From positions 240,001 to 272,000 of the forward strand of contig NZ_CP010904.1 of the NCBI RefSeq assembly GCF_001017655.1: a stretch of 32,000 nucleotides of DNA, written 5' to 3'. The position numbers and the translations under genes are program-made. Below are positions 14,990-23,029 of the stretch, piece after piece (position 1 is the first letter of the stretch; each line of letters opens with the position of its first letter). A model generated the notes under the pieces. It did not search any database, was not told the origin of the DNA, and saw only the letters and a program-made list of their open reading frames with translations. This DNA is from Kiritimatiella glycovorans (GTDB taxonomy: Bacteria > Verrucomicrobiota > Kiritimatiellia > Kiritimatiellales > Kiritimatiellaceae).

Positions 14990-14994
14990 GCGCC

Positions 14995-15996
14995 ATGCGG
15001 ATTGCGGTCGACGCCATGGGCGGCGATTTCGCGCCCCGTGAAGTGGTCGCGGGCAGCGTGAGGGCCGCCCGCGACATGAAGGACGTGACGAGTCTCGTCC
15101 TGGTGGGCGACGAACACGCCGTCCGCGGTGAACTCGAAGGCTTTAAAGGGCTTCCGGATAAACTCACCGTCCATCACGCCTCCGAAGTGGTCGAGATGGG
15201 TGAGGCGCCCGCCGGCGCGGTGCGCCGCAAGAAAGACTCCTCGATCTCCCGCGCCGCCGATCTCGTCAAGCAGGGCGAGGCCGATGCCCTCTTCACCGCG
15301 GGGAACACCGGGGCCGCCGTGGCCGCCGCCAGCCTCAAATGGCGCCGCCTCGCGGGGGTCGACCGCCCCGCCATCGCCACCGTCATCCCGAGCCGCGACC
15401 GGCCGTTCGTGCTGATCGACGCAGGGGCGAACACGGACTGCACGCCCCGCATGCTCTACCAGTTCGCGGTGATGGGACGCATCTACTCGCGCGAGATTCT
15501 CGGGCGGCCCGATCCCCGCGTCGGTCTCGTGAGCATCGGCGAGGAGGAGGCGAAAGGCAACGAGACCACCCGGACCGCGCACCGGATCCTCAAGGACAGT
15601 CCGATGAATTTCGTCGGCAACGTGGAAAGCCGCGACCTCTATGAAGGGCGGGTCGATGTGGCGGTATCCGACGGCTTTGTCGGGAACGTGGTGCTCAAGA
15701 CGAGCGAGAGCGTGGCGCACTTTTTCGCCCGGTGGATTCGGGACGAGCTGAGCCGGAACTGGCTGCGCAAGGCCGGCGCGCTGTTGGCGCGCGGTGCGTT
15801 CGTGACCATGAAGAAGCGGCTCAGTTCCGATGCTTACGGCGGCGCACCGTTGCTCGGCGTGCGCAATATCTGTATTATCGGCCACGGGTCGTCCAACGCG
15901 CGAGCCGTATACAACGGGATCCGCGTGGCGCAGGAAGCGATCCGGCACGAGGTCAATCACCTGATCGAAGACGAACTGAAAGAGCAGCCCGAATGA
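14995..15996 (+). CDS. plsX: Phosphate acyltransferase PlsX
   Basis: MRIAVDAMGGDFAP start, and GNTGA, DGFVGNVVLK and GHGSSNARA motifs. The track ORF from 14890 is an upstream extension overlapping rpmF. Confidence 0.95.
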   Translation: MRIAVDAMGGDFAPREVVAGSVRAARDMKDVTSLVLVGDEHAVRGELEGFKGLPDKLTVHHASEVVEMGEAPAGAVRRKKDSSISRAADLVKQGEADALFTAGNTGAAVAAASLKWRRLAGVDRPAIATVIPSRDRPFVLIDAGANTDCTPRMLYQFAVMGRIYSREILGRPDPRVGLVSIGEEEAKGNETTRTAHRILKDSPMNFVGNVESRDLYEGRVDVAVSDGFVGNVVLKTSESVAHFFARWIRDELSRNWLRKAGALLARGAFVTMKKRLSSDAYGGAPLLGVRNICIIGHGSSNARAVYNGIRVAQEAIRHEVNHLIEDELKEQPE

Positions 15997-17015
15997 GCGC
16001 GGGAACGGAAACAGAGCACGCCGGTGCCGCCGCGCGTACGGCGTCGATTGTCGGCACCGGCATGTACGTTCCCGAGCGCGTAGTGACCAACCGCGATCTG
16101 GAAGAGATCGTGGACACCTCCGACGAATGGATCTTCAGCCGCACCGGGATGCGCGAGCGGCGGATCGCGGCGGAGGATCAGGCGACCTCCGATCTTGCGG
16201 CGGAGGCGGCGAAGGCGGCGCTGGCCGACGCGGGCGTCGCGGCGGCGGAGGTCGATCAGCTTATCACCGCCACCCTCTCGCCCGACATGATCTTCCCGAG
16301 TACGGCCTGCCTGGTCCAGCACAGGATCGGCGCGGACCGCGCCGCCTGTTTCGATCTCGGCGCGGCCTGCTCCGGATTCCTCTACGCGCTGGAGCAGGCC
16401 CGTTGCTCGATCGCCTCCGGTGCCGCCGATACGGTACTGGTCATCGGTGCGGAAAAGATGAGCGCCTTCCTCGACTGGGAGGACCGCTCCACCTGCGTGC
16501 TGTTCGGCGACGGGGCCGGCGCCGCCGTGCTGCGCGCCCGCGGCGACCGGATCGGCGTCGGCGAGGCGGTCCTGGGCGCCGACGGCTCGCTCGCCGAGCT
16601 GCTCTGTGTGCCCGCGGGCGGGAGCCGGATGCCCGCCAGCGAGGACACGCTCCGCCGGCGTCTGCACTGTCTGCGCATGGAGGGCCGCGAGGTCTACAAG
16701 CACGCGGTCAGCCACATGGTGGAGTCGGTCTACGACGTGCTCCGCCGGCACGAACTCGATCCCGACGAGATCGCCTGCTTCATTCCCCACCAGGCCAACG
16801 CACGGATCATTCAGGCGGTGGGCGCGCGCCTCGATGTGGAAGAGCGGATGTTTATGGATGTCGAACGCTACGGCAACACCTCGGCGGCGGCGCTGGCGAT
16901 CGCGCTGCACGAGGCCGTAAAAAGCGGAACCGTAAGCCGCGGTGAACTGATGGTCCTGGTCGCCTTCGGGGGCGGGTTCACCTGGGGCGCCAACATCGTG
17001 GAGTGTACCTTATGA
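15993..17015 (+). CDS. fabH: 3-oxoacyl-ACP synthase III
   Basis: GTGMYVPERVVTNRDLEEIVDTSDEWIFSRTGMRERR, active-site ACSGF, HQAN and GNTSAA motifs. ATGA overlap with the plsX stop. Confidence 0.93.
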   Translation: MSAGTETEHAGAAARTASIVGTGMYVPERVVTNRDLEEIVDTSDEWIFSRTGMRERRIAAEDQATSDLAAEAAKAALADAGVAAAEVDQLITATLSPDMIFPSTACLVQHRIGADRAACFDLGAACSGFLYALEQARCSIASGAADTVLVIGAEKMSAFLDWEDRSTCVLFGDGAGAAVLRARGDRIGVGEAVLGADGSLAELLCVPAGGSRMPASEDTLRRRLHCLRMEGREVYKHAVSHMVESVYDVLRRHELDPDEIACFIPHQANARIIQAVGARLDVEERMFMDVERYGNTSAAALAIALHEAVKSGTVSRGELMVLVAFGGGFTWGANIVECTL

Positions 17016-17935
17016 CGACCCGTGCAGCACTGTTTCCCGGACAGGGATCGCAGAAAGTCGGGATGGGGCGCGACTGGGCGGAGGAGCGTCCCTCCTGCCG
17101 CGCCCTCTTCGATCAGGCCGGCGAGGTGCTCGGTCTGGATCTGGCCGCCGTGTGCTTTGAAGGGCCGGACGAAAAGCTGGCCGACTCGCGCTACACGCAG
17201 CCCGCCGTCTTTACGGTCAGCGCCGCGGTGTGGAATGCACTCCGGGAAGAACGTCCCGGCTGGACCTTCGCGGCCGCGGCCGGACACAGCCTCGGCGAAT
17301 GGACCGCGCTCTACGCCGCCGGCGTGCTCGGATTCCGCGATGCCGTACGCGTGCTCAAGGCGCGCGGCGAATTCATCCAGGAGGCCTGCCTCGCCCACCC
17401 CGGCGGGATGAGCGCCGTGATCGGTCTCGAGGAGGAACAGATCGCGGAGATCGCCGAAGCGACCGGCGCGACCGCCGCCAACCGTAACGCCCCCGGACAG
17501 ACCGTGTTCTCCGGATCGATCGACCGCCTGGAGGCGGCGGAGGAACAGGCCCGCGCCGCCGGAGCCAAACGCGTCGTCCGCCTCGAAGTCGCCGGCGCCT
17601 TCCATTCGCCGCTCATGGAGCCCGCCGCGCAGAAACTGCGCCCGCTGCTCGACGGGATCGAGTTCGGCCAACCCGCGTTCCCGGTGCTCTCCAATGTCAC
17701 GGGAAAACCGCACGGGGACGCCGATTCCATCCGCGAACACATGACCGCCCAGATCGTCTCGCCGGTGCGCTGGATTGATGACGTGTGCTGGATGACGGCG
17801 CAGGGCGTCGATACCATGGTCGAATGCGGACCCGGACGCGTGCTTTCCGGGCTGGTAAAGCGGATTGACAAGACACCGCGACTGCTTACCATGAGCGCCG
17901 TAACGGATTTGAAACAATTGGATGAAGAAGGGTGA
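17012..17935 (+). CDS. fabD: Malonyl-CoA:ACP transacylase
   Basis: [13 protein letters not shown], active-site GHSLGEW and [14 protein letters not shown] overlap with the fabH stop. Confidence 0.93.
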   Translation: MTTRAALFPGQGSQKVGMGRDWAEERPSCRALFDQAGEVLGLDLAAVCFEGPDEKLADSRYTQPAVFTVSAAVWNALREERPGWTFAAAAGHSLGEWTALYAAGVLGFRDAVRVLKARGEFIQEACLAHPGGMSAVIGLEEEQIAEIAEATGATAANRNAPGQTVFSGSIDRLEAAEEQARAAGAKRVVRLEVAGAFHSPLMEPAAQKLRPLLDGIEFGQPAFPVLSNVTGKPHGDADSIREHMTAQIVSPVRWIDDVCWMTAQGVDTMVECGPGRVLSGLVKRIDKTPRLLTMSAVTDLKQLDEEG

Positions 17936-17946
17936 CAGGCGGCACG

Positions 17947-18690
17947 ATGGGACCATTGGAAGGTAAAACGGCGATGGTGACGGGCGCGGCGCAGGGGATC
18001 GGCCGCGCTATCGCGCTCAAACTGGCGCAACAGGGCGCGGACGTGGCTCTGTGCGACCTGAACGAGGACGGCCTGCGCGAGACCTGCGAAGCGGTCTCCG
18101 GCCACGGCGTGCGGGCGGAAACTTTCACGATGAACGTCGCCGAGAGCGACTCCGTGACCTCGACGGTTAAGCAGATCGAAAAGGACATGGACGGCATCGA
18201 TGTGCTGGTCAACAATGCCGGCATCACCCGCGACAACCTCGTGATGCGGATGTCCGAAGAGGACTGGGACGCCGTGCTGAACGTGAATCTCAAGGGCGCC
18301 TTTCTCTGCAGCCGCGCCGTCATGCGCGGGATGATGAAACGCCGCGCCGGAAGCATCGTCAACATCGCCTCGATCATCGGCGTGATCGGCAATGCCGGCC
18401 AGGCCAACTACGCGGCATCGAAGGGCGGGGTGATCTCGCTGACGAAAACTCTCGCCAAGGAACTCGCACCGCGGAATATACGCGTGAACGCGGTCGCGCC
18501 CGGCTTCATCCGTACCGCGATGACGGAGGCGCTGCCGGAGGAAACGCGGCAGAAGATGCTCGAGCACATCCCGCTCGACCGATTCGGCGAAGCGGACGAC
18601 GTGGCCGATGTGGTGCTTTTTCTGGGAAGTGACTCCTCCGCATATGTAACCGGACAGGTCGTTTCGGTGTGCGGCGGAATGGTTATGTAA
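17947..18690 (+). CDS. fabG: 3-oxoacyl-ACP reductase
   Basis: [28 protein letters not shown] and [13 protein letters not shown] (SDR catalytic YxxxK). The start could alternatively be GTG 17932, which overlaps the fabD stop. Confidence 0.92.
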   Translation: MGPLEGKTAMVTGAAQGIGRAIALKLAQQGADVALCDLNEDGLRETCEAVSGHGVRAETFTMNVAESDSVTSTVKQIEKDMDGIDVLVNNAGITRDNLVMRMSEEDWDAVLNVNLKGAFLCSRAVMRGMMKRRAGSIVNIASIIGVIGNAGQANYAASKGGVISLTKTLAKELAPRNIRVNAVAPGFIRTAMTEALPEETRQKMLEHIPLDRFGEADDVADVVLFLGSDSSAYVTGQVVSVCGGMVM

Positions 18691-18717
18691 GTGAACCCAG
18701 CCAACAAGGAGACAACC

Positions 18718-18960
18718 ATGGCATTGGAAGACAAGGTCAAGGATATCGTGGTCGAACAGCTCGGCGTCAACGCCGACCAGGTCACGCCCGAGGCGTCGTT
18801 CATGTCCGATCTGGGCGCGGACTCGCTCGATACGGTCGAACTCGTGATGGCGTTCGAAGAGGAATTCGGGGCGGAGATCCCGGACGAGGACGCCGAAAAG
18901 CTTGAAACCGTGGGCGCGGTCATCGAATACCTGAAGGAAAAGGGATTCGACAGCGAATAA
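18718..18960 (+). CDS. acpP: Acyl carrier protein
   Basis: [20 protein letters not shown] carries the phosphopantetheine Ser motif. AAGGAG RBS lies 6 nt upstream. Confidence 0.95.
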   Translation: MALEDKVKDIVVEQLGVNADQVTPEASFMSDLGADSLDTVELVMAFEEEFGAEIPDEDAEKLETVGAVIEYLKEKGFDSE

Positions 18961-18975
18961 AGCGCTGAACGGGGT

Positions 18976-19021
18976 AAACCGGGAGGCCGCGGGGACGCGT
19001 CTCCCGGTTTCGTTTCTTTTG
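18976..19021 (+). terminator. Rho-independent terminator/attenuator between acpP and fabF
   Basis: AAACCGGGAG (18976-18985) pairs with CTCCCGGTTT (19001-19010), with inner CGCG/CGCG pairing, and is followed by TTTCGTTTCTTTT. Confidence 0.7.
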
Positions 19022-19122
19022 AATCGGAAAACGGGGAAGCGAAGTAAAAATACCTGACCGGCGCCCCGCGCGCCGTGTACGATTTCGTAAGCACAGGCCA
19101 ATTAAAGCCGGGAGTGGATGCG

Positions 19123-20367
19123 ATGGATCGCCGAAAAGTGGTAATCACCGGAATGGGCACGGTCTCGCCCCTCGGATGCGAACTGGATACGGTCTGGGAT
19201 GCGCTCGTCGCGGGAACGTCAGGCGTGTCCACCATCACCTCGCTGCCGGGTCTGGAGGATTACGACTCGCAGATCGCCGGCCAGGTTCAGGGGTTCGACG
19301 GGGAGTCCTTTTTCGCAAAAAAGGAACTGCGGAAAATGGATCCGTTCGTCCGCTACGGCCTGGCCGCGGCGATGATGGCGCTGCGCGATTCGGGGCTGGA
19401 GATGGACCGGGAAGACCCGCGCCGGATGGGCGTGATCGCCAGTTCGGGCGTCGGAGGACTGCAGGAGCTGGAGGCCCAGTACCGCACGTACATGGAAAAG
19501 GGTCCGCGCCGCTATTCCCCGTTCATGATCCCGAAGATGATCACCAATATCATTGCCGGCGAGATCGCGATCCGTCTGGGCTTCAAGGGACCGAATTTCT
19601 GCGTGACTTCCGCCTGCGCCTCCGGGACCCATTCGCTGGGCGAGGCGATGCGCAAGATCCAGTACGGCGAGGCCGACGTCGTACTCTCCGGGGGAACCGA
19701 AGCGCCGATCTGTACCCTCGGTGTGGGCGGGTTCTGCGCGATGAAGGCGCTGAGTACGCGCAACGATGAGCCCGAGCGCGCCTCGCGGCCGTTCGACGCC
19801 GAGCGCGACGGATTCGTCGTGGGCGAAGGCGCCGGCATGCTGGTGCTCGAGGAATACGAACGAGCGAAGGCGCGCGGAGCCCGCATCTACTGCGAAATCG
19901 CGGGCTACGGCGCCTCCTGCGACGCCTACCATATCACCGCCCCGAACGCCGAAGGCGAGGAGGCCGCCCGCGCGATGGAGATCGCGGTCCGCGACGCCGG
20001 GCTCACGCCTGACGGGATCGACTACATCAACGCCCACGGCACGAGCACACCGCTCAATGATAAGACCGAGACGCTCGCCGTCAAAAAGGCGTTCGGCGAA
20101 GAGGCGGCCCGTAAGGTCATGATCAGTTCGACGAAGTCGATGACCGGACACCTGCTCGGGGCGGCGGGCGGCATGGAGGCGATCGCCGTCGCCAAATCGC
20201 TCCAGACCGGCGTCGTCCACCCCACGATCAATTACGAGAACCCCGACCCGGAGTGCGACCTCGACTACGTGCCCAACGAGGCGCGCGAGAAGAAGATCCG
20301 CGCCGCGCTGAGCAACTCGCTCGGCTTCGGCGGCCACAACGGAACGCTCGCCTTTCGGGCGGTCTGA
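19123..20367 (+). CDS. fabF: 3-oxoacyl-ACP synthase II
   Basis: RKVVITGMGTVSPLG, active-site ACASG, INAHGTSTPLND and GHLLGAAGG. GGGAG RBS lies 9 nt upstream of ATG 19123. Confidence 0.95.
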   Translation: MDRRKVVITGMGTVSPLGCELDTVWDALVAGTSGVSTITSLPGLEDYDSQIAGQVQGFDGESFFAKKELRKMDPFVRYGLAAAMMALRDSGLEMDREDPRRMGVIASSGVGGLQELEAQYRTYMEKGPRRYSPFMIPKMITNIIAGEIAIRLGFKGPNFCVTSACASGTHSLGEAMRKIQYGEADVVLSGGTEAPICTLGVGGFCAMKALSTRNDEPERASRPFDAERDGFVVGEGAGMLVLEEYERAKARGARIYCEIAGYGASCDAYHITAPNAEGEEAARAMEIAVRDAGLTPDGIDYINAHGTSTPLNDKTETLAVKKAFGEEAARKVMISSTKSMTGHLLGAAGGMEAIAVAKSLQTGVVHPTINYENPDPECDLDYVPNEAREKKIRAALSNSLGFGGHNGTLAFRAV

Positions 20368-20383
20368 TTCCCGCCGGGCCGTT

Positions 20384-21724
20384 TCAGCCCTTGATGGCGT
20401 TGAACGCCTCCAGCGCGCGGTCGCGTGCGGCGGCGTGATCCACGATCGGCGACGAGGGATAGTCTTCGACTCCCCCAAGCCAGCGGCGCACGTAGCGCCC
20501 GTCGGGATCGAAGCGTTCCGCCTGCCGCGCCGGGTTGAAGATCCGGAAATACGGCGCGGCATCGGCGCCGCACCCCGCCGCCCATTGCCATCCCAGCGTA
20601 TTGCTGGCCGGATCGGCGTCGACCAGCCGGTCCCGGAACCAGGCCGCGCCTTCCTGCCACGGGAGCAGGAGATCCTTGACGAGGAACGAAGCGACTATCA
20701 TGCGCAGGCGGTTGTGCATCCAGCCGGTGGCGAGCAGTTCGCGCATCCCGGCGTCGACGATGGGAACCCCGGTCCGCCCTTCTTTCCACGCCTGCAGCGC
20801 CCGTTTATCGCGGCGCCAGGGGAAGTCCGCGTATTTCTCCTTGAGCGGTTTCCCGGCGGTATGCGGGAAGTGGTAGATCAGGTGATACCCGAATTCGCGC
20901 CAGCCCAGCTCGCGGAGAAAGGCTTCGGCCCCGCGGATCACGCCCTTTTGAGCATGCCCCTGCATGGCGTCCAGTACCGATTCGCGCACGCGGCGCGGGC
21001 TGATCTCGCCGAAGTGGAGATGGGGGGACAGGCGCGAGGTCCCGGCGCGGTCGGGACGGTCACGGTCCTCCGCATAGACGGCGAGGACGTCGTCGAGCAG
21101 CGTATCGACCCGCGCCTGCGCGCCGCGTTCTCCCGGCGTCCAGTATTCGGACGGCGCGCCGGGATCACCGGTCGCCCCGGGTTCCGCGGAGGAGGGGCGC
21201 TTTTCCGGGAGCCGCCAGCCCGTATGCGCGGCATCGCAGGCGGGGGCGGGTTCCAGTTCACGTTCGCAGTGTCTCCAGAACGGAGTGAAGACCTGGTACG
21301 GGTTGCCCTGTTTCGTGGAAGGCCGCCAGGGTTCGTAGATGAGATCACCGGGGAACGCGCGTACTTCGAGTCCGGCCGGCCGCAGCGCCTCCTCCATCCT
21401 GCCATCGAACGCCTCCGACCCGGGGTCGTAGCTCCGGTTACGGAAGACCCGCGTCAAACCGGTGGTTTGTGCGGCGCGGATCAGGGCCTCGGCGGGATCG
21501 CCCTCCAGGATAAAGAGGTCGGAATGCCGCTGCCGCAAGGCGCCGCGCAGCGACTCGAGTGAGCGCGGAAGCCACCACGCCCCCGCCCGACCCTCCGGAG
21601 AGCTGTACGGGTCGTCGACGAGAAAGACGGGCAGCACCGTCCCGGTTTCCGCCGCCGCGCGCAGGCCGGGGTTGTCGTCGATCCGCAGGTCGCGTCGGAA
21701 AATAAATATCGCTCCGTCGCTCAC
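20384..21724 (-). CDS. phr: Deoxyribodipyrimidine photolyase (class I CPD photolyase/cryptochrome family)
   Basis: IFIFRRDLRIDDNPGL N-terminus, and TSRLSPHLHFGEIS, GWMHNRLRMIVASFL, DADPASNTLGWQW and APYFRIFNP motifs. Confidence 0.9.
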   Translation of the reverse strand: MSDGAIFIFRRDLRIDDNPGLRAAAETGTVLPVFLVDDPYSSPEGRAGAWWLPRSLESLRGALRQRHSDLFILEGDPAEALIRAAQTTGLTRVFRNRSYDPGSEAFDGRMEEALRPAGLEVRAFPGDLIYEPWRPSTKQGNPYQVFTPFWRHCERELEPAPACDAAHTGWRLPEKRPSSAEPGATGDPGAPSEYWTPGERGAQARVDTLLDDVLAVYAEDRDRPDRAGTSRLSPHLHFGEISPRRVRESVLDAMQGHAQKGVIRGAEAFLRELGWREFGYHLIYHFPHTAGKPLKEKYADFPWRRDKRALQAWKEGRTGVPIVDAGMRELLATGWMHNRLRMIVASFLVKDLLLPWQEGAAWFRDRLVDADPASNTLGWQWAAGCGADAAPYFRIFNPARQAERFDPDGRYVRRWLGGVEDYPSSPIVDHAAARDRALEAFNAIKG

Positions 21725-21775
21725 GGGTTCAGCATAGGATCAATGCCCGGCGGAAGCACAGGAGAAAAACAGCAG

Positions 21776-21907
21776 TTCTCATTATGGCCGCATTCCGACC
21801 GCGGACGGCGTGGCAGCCGTCCCTCCCGAGTCGATATCCGACGCATTTTCGGGCACTGGGAGGGTCGGGTGCCACCCCGACCGAAAAGGGTGAAGCCATA
21901 ATGAGAA
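21776..21907. other. 132-bp dyad-symmetric multi-hairpin element in the phr/galM divergent intergenic region
   Basis: Perfect 13-bp terminal inverted repeat TTCTCATTATGGC/GCCATAATGAGAA. Inner hairpins are GGACGGC-GTGGCA-GCCGTCC (21803-21822) and GGTCGGG-TGCCAC-CCCGACC (21863-21882), with a central CTCCC/GGGAG stem between them. Confidence 0.8.
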
Positions 21908-21955
21908 TCGCTGGGAGAAAAAAAGGGGGGATTGACGCGGAATGGGCGGGCGAAG

Positions 21956-23023
21956 ATGATCGCGGGCATGAATCTATTCGGCATCACGGGAGACGGGCGC
22001 GAGGTGCGCGAGTATCTCCTGCGCAACGGGAACGGGATTGAGGCGGGGATTCTCGACTACGGGGGGATCGTGCGGACGCTGCGGGTGCCCGATGCGGAGG
22101 GCGCCGCGGCGGATATCGCGCTCGGATTTGACACGCTCGCCGAGTACGAGGCGAAGAGTCCGTACTTCGGTGCGATGGTCGGTCGCTACGCGAACCGGAT
22201 CGGCGGGGCGGCGTTCACGCTCGACGGACGCACGTACACGCTGCCTGCGAACGAGGGCCCCCATCATATTCACGGCGGCCGCTGCGGGTTCGACCGGGCC
22301 GTGTGGCACGCCGAGCCGCGGAGCGGCGACGGGTATGACGGCCTGCGGCTGCGGCATCGCAGTCCCGACGGCGACGAAGGCTATCCCGGCAGGCTCTCGG
22401 TCACCGTCGACTATACCCTGAACGACCGCAATGAGCTGCGGATCGACTGCGAGGCGGAGAGCGACCGCCCCACCGTCTGCAACCTGACCCATCACAGCTA
22501 CTTCAACCTCGCCGGCCACGGCGCCGGGTCGGTGCTCGATCATGAGCTGATGCTCTGCGCCGATTTTTTCACGCCTACGGATGCGGATTCGATTCCGACC
22601 GGCGAGGTGCGCCCCGTGGAGGGCACGCCGATGGATTTTCGCGCGATGAAGACGATCGGGCGCGACATCGAGGCGCCGGATCCGCAACTCGAATATGCAG
22701 GCGGGTACGATCAGAACTTCGTGCTGCGCAGGCATTACGCCGGCGAACAGGTCCCCGCCGCGCGGCTGGTTCACCCGGGCAGCGGGCGGGTGATGGACGT
22801 GGTGACGAGCGAGCCGGGGATCCAGCTTTACACGGGCAATGCTCTCGAGGGGGTGGAAGGGAAGGGCGGTGCCTGTTACCCGCGCCGGAGCGGGATATGT
22901 CTGGAGACTCAGCACTTTCCCGATTCCCCGAACCGCCCGCACTTTCCGTCGACCACGCTGCGTCCCGGGCAGGTATACCGGTCGACCACCCTCTACCGGT
23001 TCACCTCCCGGACCGCTCGCTGA
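21956..23023 (+). CDS. galM: Aldose 1-epimerase (mutarotase)
   Basis: GIVRTLRVPD, DIALGFD, YFGAMVGRYANRI, FTLDGRTYTLPANEGPHHIHGG, LTHHSYFNL and FPDSPN motifs. The start is uncertain: TTG 21932, ATG 21956 or ATG 21968. Confidence 0.85.
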   Translation: MIAGMNLFGITGDGREVREYLLRNGNGIEAGILDYGGIVRTLRVPDAEGAAADIALGFDTLAEYEAKSPYFGAMVGRYANRIGGAAFTLDGRTYTLPANEGPHHIHGGRCGFDRAVWHAEPRSGDGYDGLRLRHRSPDGDEGYPGRLSVTVDYTLNDRNELRIDCEAESDRPTVCNLTHHSYFNLAGHGAGSVLDHELMLCADFFTPTDADSIPTGEVRPVEGTPMDFRAMKTIGRDIEAPDPQLEYAGGYDQNFVLRRHYAGEQVPAARLVHPGSGRVMDVVTSEPGIQLYTGNALEGVEGKGGACYPRRSGICLETQHFPDSPNRPHFPSTTLRPGQVYRSTTLYRFTSRTAR

Positions 23024-23029
23024 GCGGAC

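Noticed and set aside
17311-19101. 596-aa minus-strand ORF, plus 16868-17956 and 19219-20562 minus
   Set aside because: These are antisense to fabD, fabG, acpP and fabF, which have unmistakable motifs. The translations are low-complexity and Arg/His/Asp-rich, so they are GC artefacts.
20368-20383. Terminator between convergent fabF and photolyase
   Set aside because: The spacer is only 16 nt, with at best a 5-bp GGCGG/CCGCC pairing. There is no convincing structure.
21803-21882. Sigma-54 promoters suggested by TGGCA in both hairpin loops
   Set aside because: The -12 element (TTGC, about 4-5 nt after TGGCAC-G) is absent in both orientations.
21776-21907. Dyad element considered as a MITE or as a known riboswitch (cobalamin, glycine, ykkC, ZTP, c-di-GMP, TPP)
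   Set aside because: The flanks (CAGCAG versus TCGCTG) show no target-site duplication, and there is no second copy in this window. I could not find any conserved cores of those riboswitch classes by eye. It is kept as an unclassified finding rather than assigned to a family.
23013-23027. CCGCTC-GCT-GAGCGG hairpin at the convergent galM/AsmA-like junction as a bidirectional terminator
   Set aside because: It has only a 6-bp stem with a 3-nt loop, no flanking T/A tracts, and it overlaps the galM stop codon. That is too weak to call.
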